From a virus (lineage: Duplodnaviria; Caudoviricetes), in IMG/VR virus record IMGVR_UViG_3300017658_000257, positions 1 to 42,792 of that record: a stretch of 42,792 bases of DNA. One strand, 5' to 3'. Positions within the stretch are counted from its first letter, which is position 1, and every line of letters begins with the position of its first letter. The notes under the pieces are model-generated. The model searched no databases. It was not told where the DNA came from and saw only the letters and a list, made by a program, of their open reading frames with translations. A program made the position numbers and the translations under genes. Below, piece after piece: positions 9,145-18,012 of this stretch.

Positions 9145-10521
9145 TTACTCGGAAACCTTCAGCAGTTTGATGGCTTCGAAGGTCGTGACGTCGCCGCCGA
9201 CGCGCTTGCGCGTGTAGAATTCGACGAACGGCTTCGCGGAGTAGGGGTCGACCAGCGTGGTGACGCCGAGACGATCGGCGATGGTGTAGCCCGCATTGAA
9301 GTTACCGAAGGCGATCGGCAACGCGCCGGCGCCAACGGCAGGCATGTCGGCGGCTTCCCTCACCGAGTACCCGAGAAGCAGCGAAGGCTTGCCGGCCTCG
9401 ACATTCGGGCGCCAGATGTACTGGCCGTTGCCATCCTTCAAGAGAAGCACCGAACCGATCGACGCGCGCCGCATCAGGAAGACCGCACCGCCGGCGTAAT
9501 ATTCCTTCAGAGCGGTCACCAGCTTGATCAGACCGTCGAAGGTGACGCCGGTGGCGTTTCCACTCAGGATCTGCTCGATCTGGCGACGGTTCGTCCCCGC
9601 CGGGTAAGTCAGGAACCCGCGCGGCTTGCGCATGCCGTTGCCCAGCACGAAAGCGGATGCCTCCATGCGCCCGAACTTCTGGCCGATCTTGGTGCCAAGC
9701 CATCCCTCGACATTGATCGAGGCGTCCTCGAGCAGTTTCTGCGTCGCCTTGGGCTTCGCATACATCTCGAAGACCTCGATGGTCTGGGAGCCGACTTCGG
9801 GGGTGCCGGTTTCAGCTCTCGCCTGGGTCTCACCGACCCAACCGGCATCGGCTTCACCCTCGTCGATCGGCAACTCCAGCTTGTCGCTGGAGATCGTCTC
9901 GATATAGGCGAGCTCGCGGATCGGCGAGGACTCGTAGATCTTGGTCAGCATCCGCGACGAGATCGCCGGCGTCACCAGGAAGCCGCCATTCGGATCGTTA
10001 CCGACGGACATGGTCTTGACCTGCTCGTGGTCGAAGCCCTTGTTGTCCTTTCGGAGGTAGGTCGGGAACAGGTCCTGGTACGCCTTGAACTCGTCGACAT
10101 TGATCTTGTCGTCGGACAGAATCGTGCCAGCCTTGAGCTCGCCGCGCAGCGACATCATCGTGCGCTGGAAGTCGCGGGCCGACTTCATCTCGTCGCCGAC
10201 GTCACCCTGACCGCCGGTCAAGCGCATCTTGTTGAGCTTTCGCTCGAACTCGTCCATCCGGTCCTTGGCCGCCTTGATCGATTCCTCTTCGATCTTCTTG
10301 ACGGCGGCCTCGATGGCGGCATGCTTCTCGGCGACGCCCTTCGAAAGCACATCGACGGCGTTTTTCAGTTCGCCGTCGCCGCCCTTCTTCTGGGCCTCTT
10401 CGGCGAGCTTGCGGACATCGGAGAGGTCCTTCTCGAAAGAGGTCTTCAGGCCCTTGACGTCATCGCCAAGACCCTTCACCTCGCGCTGGACGCTGTCCAG
10501 CACTTCATTCAGTTCGGGCAT
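9145..10521 (-). CDS. Major capsid protein, HK97 fold
   Basis: N-terminal coiled-coil delta domain; GGFLVTP, AGWVGE, DGNGQYIW, DPYSAKPFVEFYTRKRVGG. Confidence 0.97.
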   Translation of the reverse strand: MPELNEVLDSVQREVKGLGDDVKGLKTSFEKDLSDVRKLAEEAQKKGGDGELKNAVDVLSKGVAEKHAAIEAAVKKIEEESIKAAKDRMDEFERKLNKMRLTGGQGDVGDEMKSARDFQRTMMSLRGELKAGTILSDDKINVDEFKAYQDLFPTYLRKDNKGFDHEQVKTMSVGNDPNGGFLVTPAISSRMLTKIYESSPIRELAYIETISSDKLELPIDEGEADAGWVGETQARAETGTPEVGSQTIEVFEMYAKPKATQKLLEDASINVEGWLGTKIGQKFGRMEASAFVLGNGMRKPRGFLTYPAGTNRRQIEQILSGNATGVTFDGLIKLVTALKEYYAGGAVFLMRRASIGSVLLLKDGNGQYIWRPNVEAGKPSLLLGYSVREAADMPAVGAGALPIAFGNFNAGYTIADRLGVTTLVDPYSAKPFVEFYTRKRVGGDVTTFEAIKLLKVSE

Positions 10522-10536
10522 CGTGCCCTCCTATAC

Positions 10537-11241
10537 TCAGTTGGGGGAAAGCAGCCGGCGGGCGGAGCGAATGCTCTCCAGCAGGTCTGCGGCTTTCTGA
10601 TCGTCCCCAGCCTCGCGCCGTGCGATCTTGGAAAGACGGCCCACGAAGTCGCGGGCAGTCTTCTTCGAGAAGCGACCGTCTGCCTCGCGCAGAAAGTCCT
10701 CGAAATCGGAAATTGAGTTGAGCGCGTCGATGTCAGCCGATTTTACCTGGCCGATCAGCGCCTTATCGTTCGATCCCCACGTCACGATGCTGACCTCACG
10801 GAGGTCGATGTCGTGCAATGTCCGTGTGGGATCCTGGGGCTTGGTGCCCATGGTGTATTTACGGGGGCGGTAGCCGATCGAGAGCCCATCGAGCTCGCCG
10901 CTTTTCAACCCTTCGTAGATCAGGGCGCCGCGATCGGTGTTGAGCGCGAAAAGTTCGCCTTCCACCTTGAGACCCTTGGAGTTCTCCTCCATCGAGGTCC
11001 ACTTCCCGATGGGCAGCATGTCGTCGACCGGGCCGAAGAAGCCGCCGTGCTGCAGCAGCATCTTCGGCAGCTTGCCCCTCCCCTCCCACTCCCGAAGGCT
11101 TTTCGCAAAGGCGCCCTTTTCGATGACGTCGCCATGCGAATCGATGTTGCCGAACACGGCGCCGTAGCCCGAGAACGTGCCATCCTTTGAGCCGCCGGAG
11201 CTGAATTTGACTTCAAGGATCTCGGAAATCAGGTGTTCCAT
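10537..11241 (-). CDS. HK97-family prohead protease
   Basis: FSGYGAVFGNIDSHGD, LLQH, GLSIGY, LREVSIVT motifs. Confidence 0.96.
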   Translation of the reverse strand: MEHLISEILEVKFSSGGSKDGTFSGYGAVFGNIDSHGDVIEKGAFAKSLREWEGRGKLPKMLLQHGGFFGPVDDMLPIGKWTSMEENSKGLKVEGELFALNTDRGALIYEGLKSGELDGLSIGYRPRKYTMGTKPQDPTRTLHDIDLREVSIVTWGSNDKALIGQVKSADIDALNSISDFEDFLREADGRFSKKTARDFVGRLSKIARREAGDDQKAADLLESIRSARRLLSPN

Positions 11242-11244
11242 CGC

Positions 11245-12522
11245 CTATTCTCCGGGTGGCGTTGACGGTTTGGGCTGACTGGCAATCGGTCGGGGGAAGC
11301 CATCGTCGCCGATCGGCGTGGTGTTGACGGGCACGTAGAGCCGATCCCCGCCCTTGATCGGAGGCATCTCGTCATGGGCCCGCGCTTCGTTGGGCGTCAT
11401 CCAGCCGGGATTTCCGCCACCGCCTAGCGCAACCTTTCGGTACTCGGCCTTGTCTTTCATCGCCGGCGAGAGGAATGCTTCCTCGGTGAAGACGAGATAG
11501 AGGCCGTTCTCCCATTCCTTCGGCGTGAACAGCCAGCGCTGCGCAGAGCCGGCGACCCTATCGTGCCACGGTCTCACTGTATGGACGAGATGAGCCAGAA
11601 ACATCTGTTCCGACGACGCATATGTAGGCGCTTTGTCACCTGAGTAGCCGACCATGATCGGCATCACGCACATTGCACGGCAGATTTCTTCAACCTGGAA
11701 TTGCCTGACATCGATATGCTGGGCGTCGACGCCGGTCATCGCCAAAGGTTCCCATTTCAGACCGCTGTCGAGAACCGCGGTGCGGAAGCGGTTCGCGAGA
11801 CCGACCTGATAAGCGCCCCATTGCGCCTTCAGACGGTCTCGAGCGGCCTTGGTCAGTTCCTTTTCCGTTGTGAGAATGCCGCCTGGTTGAGCACCATTGC
11901 TGAATAGGCGAGCGTGGGCTTCCTCGGTGGCCAGAGCGAGCCCAACAGCTTCTCTGATCAGTTTGAGTGCGTCCATGCCGATGCGGCCATCCCAGGACGG
12001 ACCTCGAACATGCCAGATTTCATCGGCCTCGAAGAGGGTGTAGCGACCTGGTAGAATCTGGGCGCGATACTTCAAACTGCCGTCGCTTTGAACCTCAGGC
12101 TTGCAGTCGGAGAGCGGGATCAGTTCGTCGATCCGGTTATCGACGCGGCCGATGTAGGAATAGTGATTGAACGTGAGAGCGAGATGCAGGCCGACCGTTT
12201 CTCTAAACTCGATGCCGCTCTGCCACTGGTTGGGCCGATAGTCGAAGACGCGATAGAGTGGATGATCCCGACGCTCGTTCCGTTTGGTCGAACGCGGGTC
12301 CCGCTGATAGACCTTGCAGGGCACCATGAGCGCCTCTGCGATGCGACGAGCGCAGGCAAGAATAGCAGTGCACTGGAACGCGGTGTTAGCGTTCACCGAC
12401 ACGCCTGATTTTGCCGGCCGACCGTCGAAGAGATCGGCCCATATCTGATCGATGGAACCGAGCCGATCTCCATTCGCCTTACGCTCGAAGCCGCCTGCGA
12501 TTGCCCCAAACAGGCCGCTCAT
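11245..12522 (-). CDS. HK97-family portal protein
   Basis: Start set to MSGLFG (ATGA overlap); IWHVRG, FSNGAQPGGIL, MTPNEARA motifs. Confidence 0.96.
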   Translation of the reverse strand: MSGLFGAIAGGFERKANGDRLGSIDQIWADLFDGRPAKSGVSVNANTAFQCTAILACARRIAEALMVPCKVYQRDPRSTKRNERRDHPLYRVFDYRPNQWQSGIEFRETVGLHLALTFNHYSYIGRVDNRIDELIPLSDCKPEVQSDGSLKYRAQILPGRYTLFEADEIWHVRGPSWDGRIGMDALKLIREAVGLALATEEAHARLFSNGAQPGGILTTEKELTKAARDRLKAQWGAYQVGLANRFRTAVLDSGLKWEPLAMTGVDAQHIDVRQFQVEEICRAMCVMPIMVGYSGDKAPTYASSEQMFLAHLVHTVRPWHDRVAGSAQRWLFTPKEWENGLYLVFTEEAFLSPAMKDKAEYRKVALGGGGNPGWMTPNEARAHDEMPPIKGGDRLYVPVNTTPIGDDGFPRPIASQPKPSTPPGE

Positions 12523-12722
12523 TCGGACCTCGCGGTCCCGCGAGCTGTAAGGATTGCGCCCGTAAGGATGAGAGCGCCCGCCACGATGAATCCGGCGGCG
12601 GGATGCAGCATCCACGCCCCATACGAAATGAGTGCAACACCTGACAATCCAGCCGCGTCGCGGAGCACGCCAGGGAGTCCGGCGCCGATCGCGGCCAACA
12701 CATATGCGATCTTCTTCATCAT
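12519..12722 (-). CDS. Small membrane protein between terL and portal
   Basis: 67 aa with hydrophobic segments; a common gene at this position. Confidence 0.7.
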   Translation of the reverse strand: MMKKIAYVLAAIGAGLPGVLRDAAGLSGVALISYGAWMLHPAAGFIVAGALILTGAILTARGTARSE

Positions 12723-12731
12723 GGAGATGCC

Positions 12732-14534
12732 TCACACTACGAGCAGGTCTTCTTCGTCGAGATAGGAGCCGTTAGCGTTCGCCGGCTCTGGATTTTTGAC
12801 CATCATGGTCACGGCATCGAACAGAGCCATGGCGGGGTCGATCTTCGCGTCGCCGGCAGTTTGTTTGGTGGCCCGTATCGCCGTCGCGGTCGGCTCTATC
12901 TTGAGGTTTGCAACGCACCACGCCATCAGTGGCCCGCCGGCGTGGCGAAGCATTCCATTCGACAAACGACGCTCGGCCGTCTTGATTGCATTCATCAGCG
13001 CGTAGCCCTGCGGAACACCGACCAGCAGGCCATTGTCTTGCGTTATGTCGACTTCTGGCGAAGCAAGCGCATCGACAAATTCACCGAGTCCGGCCGGATC
13101 GACCGCTACCGACGACAGAAGTCCCGATGCCTTGACCGTGGCAATCACGTCGACGATCGAGGCTAGATCCTCAAGCGCGGTATCGACGATAGTCAGATGG
13201 CCTGACTTTTCGAAGTCCAGTAGCGTCGGCGCGATCTTCTTGCGCCGCTTCAGAACATCCCGATGGCACCAAGCGTGCGACCAGGTGAGCCACCGCTTCA
13301 TTCTGACGATCGATTCCCGCCCGTTTACCACGGCGGGAGCTTCGATCTCCTCCGGCTCGCGACCAACCAGGGTTAAGCCGAAGAGATCGTCCAACCCGCC
13401 GCCGTCGACGCCGACAACGATCACCTCGCAGCGCTGAAGAAACCTATCCAGCGCCGCGAAATGGTTCAGGCTGATCAATTCCGGATCGCCCGCCCGATCC
13501 CAGTAATTCGCGCCTGGCCAGCGATTGCCGCGTTGGCGCATGCCGATCTCGACGTTGAGATGCTTGGCTAGGAAACTCTGGTAGGTATCACCTTCCTCGT
13601 CTTCGCCGCTCTGGATTTTAAGAAGCTTACGCTCCAGCCAATCCTTTCGAACCGAGCGTCCCATATTCGGATTGGTGACGTACCAGTTCTCGGGATTGAG
13701 ATAGGCCTCGCTCTCAATCATTGCATCCGGAAATTCATAGAGGACGCCCAAGCTGGAGGGATCGTCGATCTTTCCGTCGCGGACGTCGCGGAAATAATCC
13801 AGCTTCTCCTTAAAAACGCCCGCGGGCGGCTCGTCCGACTGGGTGGTGATGTAGATGACGAAGCCTTCAGGCCGCGATATCAGGCCGCCGGTCGCTTCCT
13901 GGAGCATGCCGGCGGCATCCTTCTTCTTGCCGAACAGCCATAGTTCCTCGATCAGGACAAATGCGGCCTTCTTGCCGGCGGCCGTATTCGAATCGGCGCT
14001 GACGATCTTCAGGACAGCCTTTGTCAGCGTGTGGGTGATTTCCTTCGTGTTCTTGTTGACGTGAAGAAGGATAACCAGTTCCGGATCTGCTGCGACCATC
14101 GCCGCGGCCGGATTGAAGGAATTGCCCGCCACCTCCTGCGTCGGGGCCAGGATCATGAGTTCCTGGTAATGCCGCCAATTGCGGATCAACGCAGTCAGCA
14201 TGATCCCAGCAGCGAGCGTCGATTTGATGTTCTTCTTGCTGATGAGCAGGAAGAACTCCTCGATTACGCGGCGAGCGCTATCTGGATCATAGGAACCGAA
14301 AACCGCCGAGACGAAATCGAATACGTATGGTTCGCAGGACTCGCCAAAAGTCGGATGACGGTGACGTCCCAGCTTCCGGTCGAATATCTGCGGCAGATCG
14401 GTGATCTGCAGGGACTTGAACACCTCCAGCGCAGCCTCGGCTTCACCGGGAAACAGCGGCTCGAAGGGAATCAAGCTCTCGCGCTTGACGATCCTGCTTT
14501 CCCAATCGATGCAAGCCGTATTGAATCGTCGCAC
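12732..14534 (-). CDS. terL: Terminase large subunit
   Basis: Walker A-like ISKKNIKST, Walker B-like VLIEELW, YITTQS, nuclease VGVDGGGLDDL, KIDPAMA. Confidence 0.95.
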   Translation of the reverse strand: MRRFNTACIDWESRIVKRESLIPFEPLFPGEAEAALEVFKSLQITDLPQIFDRKLGRHRHPTFGESCEPYVFDFVSAVFGSYDPDSARRVIEEFFLLISKKNIKSTLAAGIMLTALIRNWRHYQELMILAPTQEVAGNSFNPAAAMVAADPELVILLHVNKNTKEITHTLTKAVLKIVSADSNTAAGKKAAFVLIEELWLFGKKKDAAGMLQEATGGLISRPEGFVIYITTQSDEPPAGVFKEKLDYFRDVRDGKIDDPSSLGVLYEFPDAMIESEAYLNPENWYVTNPNMGRSVRKDWLERKLLKIQSGEDEEGDTYQSFLAKHLNVEIGMRQRGNRWPGANYWDRAGDPELISLNHFAALDRFLQRCEVIVVGVDGGGLDDLFGLTLVGREPEEIEAPAVVNGRESIVRMKRWLTWSHAWCHRDVLKRRKKIAPTLLDFEKSGHLTIVDTALEDLASIVDVIATVKASGLLSSVAVDPAGLGEFVDALASPEVDITQDNGLLVGVPQGYALMNAIKTAERRLSNGMLRHAGGPLMAWCVANLKIEPTATAIRATKQTAGDAKIDPAMALFDAVTMMVKNPEPANANGSYLDEEDLLVV

Positions 14535-14539
14535 AACAA

Positions 14540-15046
14540 CTATCCGTCGCCGTCGACTGACAACGCCTGACCGTTGCTGGCCACCAGCCGCGGCGCAGCC
14601 GGCACCGCATATTTCCCGCCGATCGCCTGGGCGCTTTCGAGACGCTGATCTTTCTTCGAGACGTAGCCGCGCGGCGCAGGCTGATTGGCCGCCTTGTCCC
14701 TGAGGTTGCGCGCCACACGCTCCGCGCTCACCGTGTCGAGCATTCGCAGCGACGCTGACAGCGCGGCAGCATTTCCCGCCAGACCCTGCTGGATTTGTGC
14801 GGTGCGAAGCTTCGCCTTCAACCGAGCAAGGAGCGCATCCTTGTTTTTCGTCAGATGCAAATAATGTTTGCGAAGCGTTGGCACCGAGATGCCTACAGTC
14901 TTCGCCACCTCGCGATTGGTCATGCCTGACGCCAGCAACACCATGATATTTATGATGCTTTCCTCGGTCGGCTTATGCTCCGGCCTTCCGGCCTGCCGTG
15001 GCCCGGCATCATAAGGGTTGCCGAAGAGGTCAAAATCCTGATCCAT
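14540..15046 (-). CDS. terS: Terminase small subunit
   Basis: GRPEHKPT plus HTH (MTNREVAKTVGISVPTLRKHY), immediately upstream of terL. Confidence 0.8.
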   Translation of the reverse strand: MDQDFDLFGNPYDAGPRQAGRPEHKPTEESIINIMVLLASGMTNREVAKTVGISVPTLRKHYLHLTKNKDALLARLKAKLRTAQIQQGLAGNAAALSASLRMLDTVSAERVARNLRDKAANQPAPRGYVSKKDQRLESAQAIGGKYAVPAAPRLVASNGQALSVDGDG

Positions 15047-15120
15047 GAGAAAAAAATCTCCGGATGTACCCCATGCGGTTCGGACCCCCGTCCGGCCCCA
15101 GAGATTGACCCGCCCCCCCC
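15047..15120 (-). other. Putative cos packaging site
   Basis: Between HNH and terS; G-run...ACCGCATGGGG...T-run layout typical of HK97-like 3'-cos phages. Confidence 0.5.
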
Positions 15121-15455
15121 TATCGAGCGGCGAGCCGAACCGCGCGCGTGGCGGTGGTCTTCAGCGTGTGATGCGATCCGCAAAGGCACTGACCGTTCGA
15201 CGGATCGAGAGGTGCGCCGCCGTCGCGGCGCTCGACGATATGATCTGCGAACATCCTGTGCCGCGGCGCGGCCTTCTCGCACCGCCTGCCCTTCTCGATG
15301 AATTCGCATCGGTATCCGGCGCGCGACAGAACCGCCTTGCGCCACTTCCTATGCTGTTCGGTCAAGAGCTCGGGATCAGCCCGCTTCGGCGGAGGTTTGA
15401 CCGTGCGCGTGTCGATAGCGCGCAGCCCGACCTGCATCGTTTTGATCTTCGCCAT
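15120..15455 (-). CDS. HNH endonuclease (terminase-associated, HK97 gp74-like)
   Basis: ADHIVERRDGG...NGQCLCGSHH; adjacent to terS. Confidence 0.9.
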   Translation of the reverse strand: MAKIKTMQVGLRAIDTRTVKPPPKRADPELLTEQHRKWRKAVLSRAGYRCEFIEKGRRCEKAAPRHRMFADHIVERRDGGAPLDPSNGQCLCGSHHTLKTTATRAVRLAAR

Positions 15456-15579
15456 TTCAGGAATGCTTCGCCGTTGCGGTGAAGCTGATCGGCCTTGCCT
15501 GATGCTTCACCTGGGGCCGATGGCGCTTCCAGCCTCGAATGAGGAGTGCGACACTTTCGGCTCGTCCTGATGCAAACGG

Positions 15580-16266
15580 CTAGTACGTTTTGCTGATCTG
15601 CGCAAGATCGAGGTCGACGGACACGATGCGCCCGAAGATCATCACCTCGACCTTCGCCCTGCCCTTGTCGCTGACCGTCTCGACCACGCCCGGGAACGAA
15701 GCGAACGGGCCATCGTCCACGCTCACCTTGTCGCCCGGGTTGATCTCGCGCAGCATCGCCCTGATCGCCTCCGGATCGTTCTCTACATCAGCCTGCATTT
15801 TCAATATCTTGGCATCGGGAACATGAGGCGGACGTTCAGCGCCGCCGATGACGCCGACAACGCCTTTCAGTCCCGAAAGGGCCTCCCAGCAAGGCGCGCA
15901 CCACACCACTTTGACGAAGATGTAACCCGGCAGGAAAGGCACCGTCTTCTCCTTCGGGCGCTCCATTCCGTAGCGCCCACGCCGCCTCACGATGATCGTC
16001 TGCTGCGCCATCCAGTGTTCGATCCGAGCCTTTTCGAGAAGCTTTTCCACAGCAATGTCGGCTGCGCGCTCGACCTGAAGCACGTACCAGCGCGCTGCCG
16101 GACCCGACTCACCGGCCGCCGCAAGCAAGGCTCGCTGCCTGCGCGAGATCGCGATTCGCTTGTCGCTGGCCTGCCAGGCGCGATCGATGTTGATGACCTC
16201 TCCCGTGGCAGGATCGGCCCAGCAGCGTTCCGCCTCATTCAGCCGCTTCACGTCCGCCCGCATCAT
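15580..16266 (-). CDS. NusG/RfaH-family transcription antiterminator (late regulator position)
   Basis: WYVLQV, PFLPGYIFV, KOW motif GDKVSVDDGPFASFPGVV, KVEVMIFGR. Confidence 0.9.
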   Translation of the reverse strand: MMRADVKRLNEAERCWADPATGEVINIDRAWQASDKRIAISRRQRALLAAAGESGPAARWYVLQVERAADIAVEKLLEKARIEHWMAQQTIIVRRRGRYGMERPKEKTVPFLPGYIFVKVVWCAPCWEALSGLKGVVGVIGGAERPPHVPDAKILKMQADVENDPEAIRAMLREINPGDKVSVDDGPFASFPGVVETVSDKGRAKVEVMIFGRIVSVDLDLAQISKTY

Positions 16267-17485
16267 CTTCGCCTCGCACCGCTGCCTCGAATTCGTCAAT
16301 CCGTTCCGGCCCGCCAGCCGGGAAATATGCACCGCGCGCGCCGTGCGGCGGCCACGGCCATGCCTCGTCATCGAAGCGACGTCGCCATGCCGCAAACATC
16401 TCCGTGCCTACAGGAACGAATTCGCACAGCGCGCCAACGCGGATGTCGTCTTCGGAGGGATTGGCGATGCCCGCTGATCGTTGCTCGGCATCGCGGTACA
16501 TGGCGTTCACCACAGGCCATCCACCACGCCGCCGCAGATCGCGCTCGACCTTGACCCTATCCAGCGTTCCGCTCGCGATAGCTTCCGTTTCCCATGCCTT
16601 CATGGGCGGATATGCCTTCTGCCCCGTCACCAGCTGGCGATGAATCCTGCCGAACCACACCGGCCCGAATGGGGGCTCGTAGGCCGGCTTTTCCGGCTTC
16701 AGCGGTGCGGCCAAGCGTTTTTCGGCCTTATCGAGTAGCGCAGGGTCGAGCCCAGTCCATGTGCGCCCGATGAGGAAGTTCCCAACAGCGACAGGATCTT
16801 TCTTCCGCTCGGCAACGTCGAAAAGGTAGGCGTCGCGCCAGCGTTCGGCCTCCCTGCGCTCATCGATGGTCAATGCAGCGAACTGCCGGCAAATCCACGG
16901 AAACGCAGCACCGGTGTCCCAGTTCTTCCACGCCCCGGAAGCAAAACCCTTCCCGTTGCAGAACCGCATCACCCGTTTCTGGAAATCAGCCCGGTCAGGC
17001 CGATCCGCCGCATCAACGTCTGCGGGCTCTCGCCCTTCCCGCTCGCTTTCGCGCTCCTCTCTCTCCCGTTTAACAGGGGTCGTTAACATTGGTGCCCGCG
17101 CATGGGCGGGCACCCCCTGCCCATCTATGGGCGGGCACCCCTGCCCATCTATGGGCACCCCCTCGACACCAGAATCCGACATAGCAGGCGCTTCGGGCGG
17201 ATCGATCACGACGCGATAGTCATGGGCGGCATCCGCTCCCGACTTGCGCTGGTTTGCACGATGTTCGAGATATCCGGCATCAACGAGACGCCCGAGCGAG
17301 CGCTGCACCGTGGCTCGACCACAGTTCAACTCCTTCGCCATCTTGACCTGACTACGGCAGCACCAGCCGAGATCGTCGGTGTGGCGGCCGAGCAGGCAGA
17401 GCACCTGCAAATCGCGCGGTTCCAGGCGCGAATCGGTCACAGCCGCAGCCGGAATGATGGAAAATCGCTGCCGGCCGCCACTCAC
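16235..17485 (-). CDS. Phage replication initiator (N-terminal HTH)
   Basis: GTG start by GTGA overlap; FSIIPAAAVTDSRL...SQVKMAKELNCGRATVQRSLGRLVDAGYL; internal iteron-like repeats. Confidence 0.8.
   Translation of the reverse strand: MSGGRQRFSIIPAAAVTDSRLEPRDLQVLCLLGRHTDDLGWCCRSQVKMAKELNCGRATVQRSLGRLVDAGYLEHRANQRKSGADAAHDYRVVIDPPEAPAMSDSGVEGVPIDGQGCPPIDGQGVPAHARAPMLTTPVKREREERESEREGREPADVDAADRPDRADFQKRVMRFCNGKGFASGAWKNWDTGAAFPWICRQFAALTIDERREAERWRDAYLFDVAERKKDPVAVGNFLIGRTWTGLDPALLDKAEKRLAAPLKPEKPAYEPPFGPVWFGRIHRQLVTGQKAYPPMKAWETEAIASGTLDRVKVERDLRRRGGWPVVNAMYRDAEQRSAGIANPSEDDIRVGALCEFVPVGTEMFAAWRRRFDDEAWPWPPHGARGAYFPAGGPERIDEFEAAVRGEDDAGGREAAE
17091..17162. repeat. Iteron-like repeats, putative replication origin
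   Basis: ATGGGCGGGCACCCCCTGCCCATCT (17102-17126), ATGGGCGGGCACCCCTGCCCATCT (17127-17150), partial third copy (17151-17162), near-palindrome 17091-17114. Confidence 0.7.
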
Positions 17486-18012
17486 CGCCCTGCCCTCCGC
17501 CATGCCTCGAACTCGCCGCGCAGCGCCTTCCAGCGCTCCGCCGCCTGCCCGCCGTCTTTGAGTTCCGCTCGCGAGGTGACGCCGAGCAGGCCGCGCACCT
17601 TCTGCACCACGCGCTCGACCGTCAGTGGCCGTTCCAGCCCGTGTTTCGCCTCCAGGAAGGCGCGGAAGGCCGGTTCCTCGCATTTCATCGCGCACTCGGC
17701 GGCATAGTCCTTCGGCGCGTCCTGCCGCTGCGGCTCATGCCGCTCGGGCGGTTTCAGCCGGGCAATCGCCCTATCGACGAGGCCGAGCAGGAACTGCACG
17801 TTCTCCGGCGCATCTACCACGAAGGCGATTTCCGCCTCGCTGGCGCCGGCATCGAAGCGCAGCACCGGCGACAACTCGCCCAGCGGCCCCAGCGCCTCGA
17901 CGAAGCAGCCGGCATCGACCGGGTTGCCGTCATGGACGCGCGACCAGGAAGCCGGCGCGATGGCGTGCAGCTGATCGCGGACGCGGGCGAGACGGGCGGA
18001 TTCCGAGATCAT
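17482..18012 (-). CDS. Hypothetical phage protein
   Basis: MISESARLARVRD... ATGA-coupled to the methyltransferase stop; C-terminal GVTSRAEL motif. Confidence 0.7.
   Translation of the reverse strand: MISESARLARVRDQLHAIAPASWSRVHDGNPVDAGCFVEALGPLGELSPVLRFDAGASEAEIAFVVDAPENVQFLLGLVDRAIARLKPPERHEPQRQDAPKDYAAECAMKCEEPAFRAFLEAKHGLERPLTVERVVQKVRGLLGVTSRAELKDGGQAAERWKALRGEFEAWRRAGR

Noticed and set aside
15049-15120. Homopolymer runs as phase-variation tracts
   Set aside because: Intergenic and in the usual cos-site context between HNH and terS.
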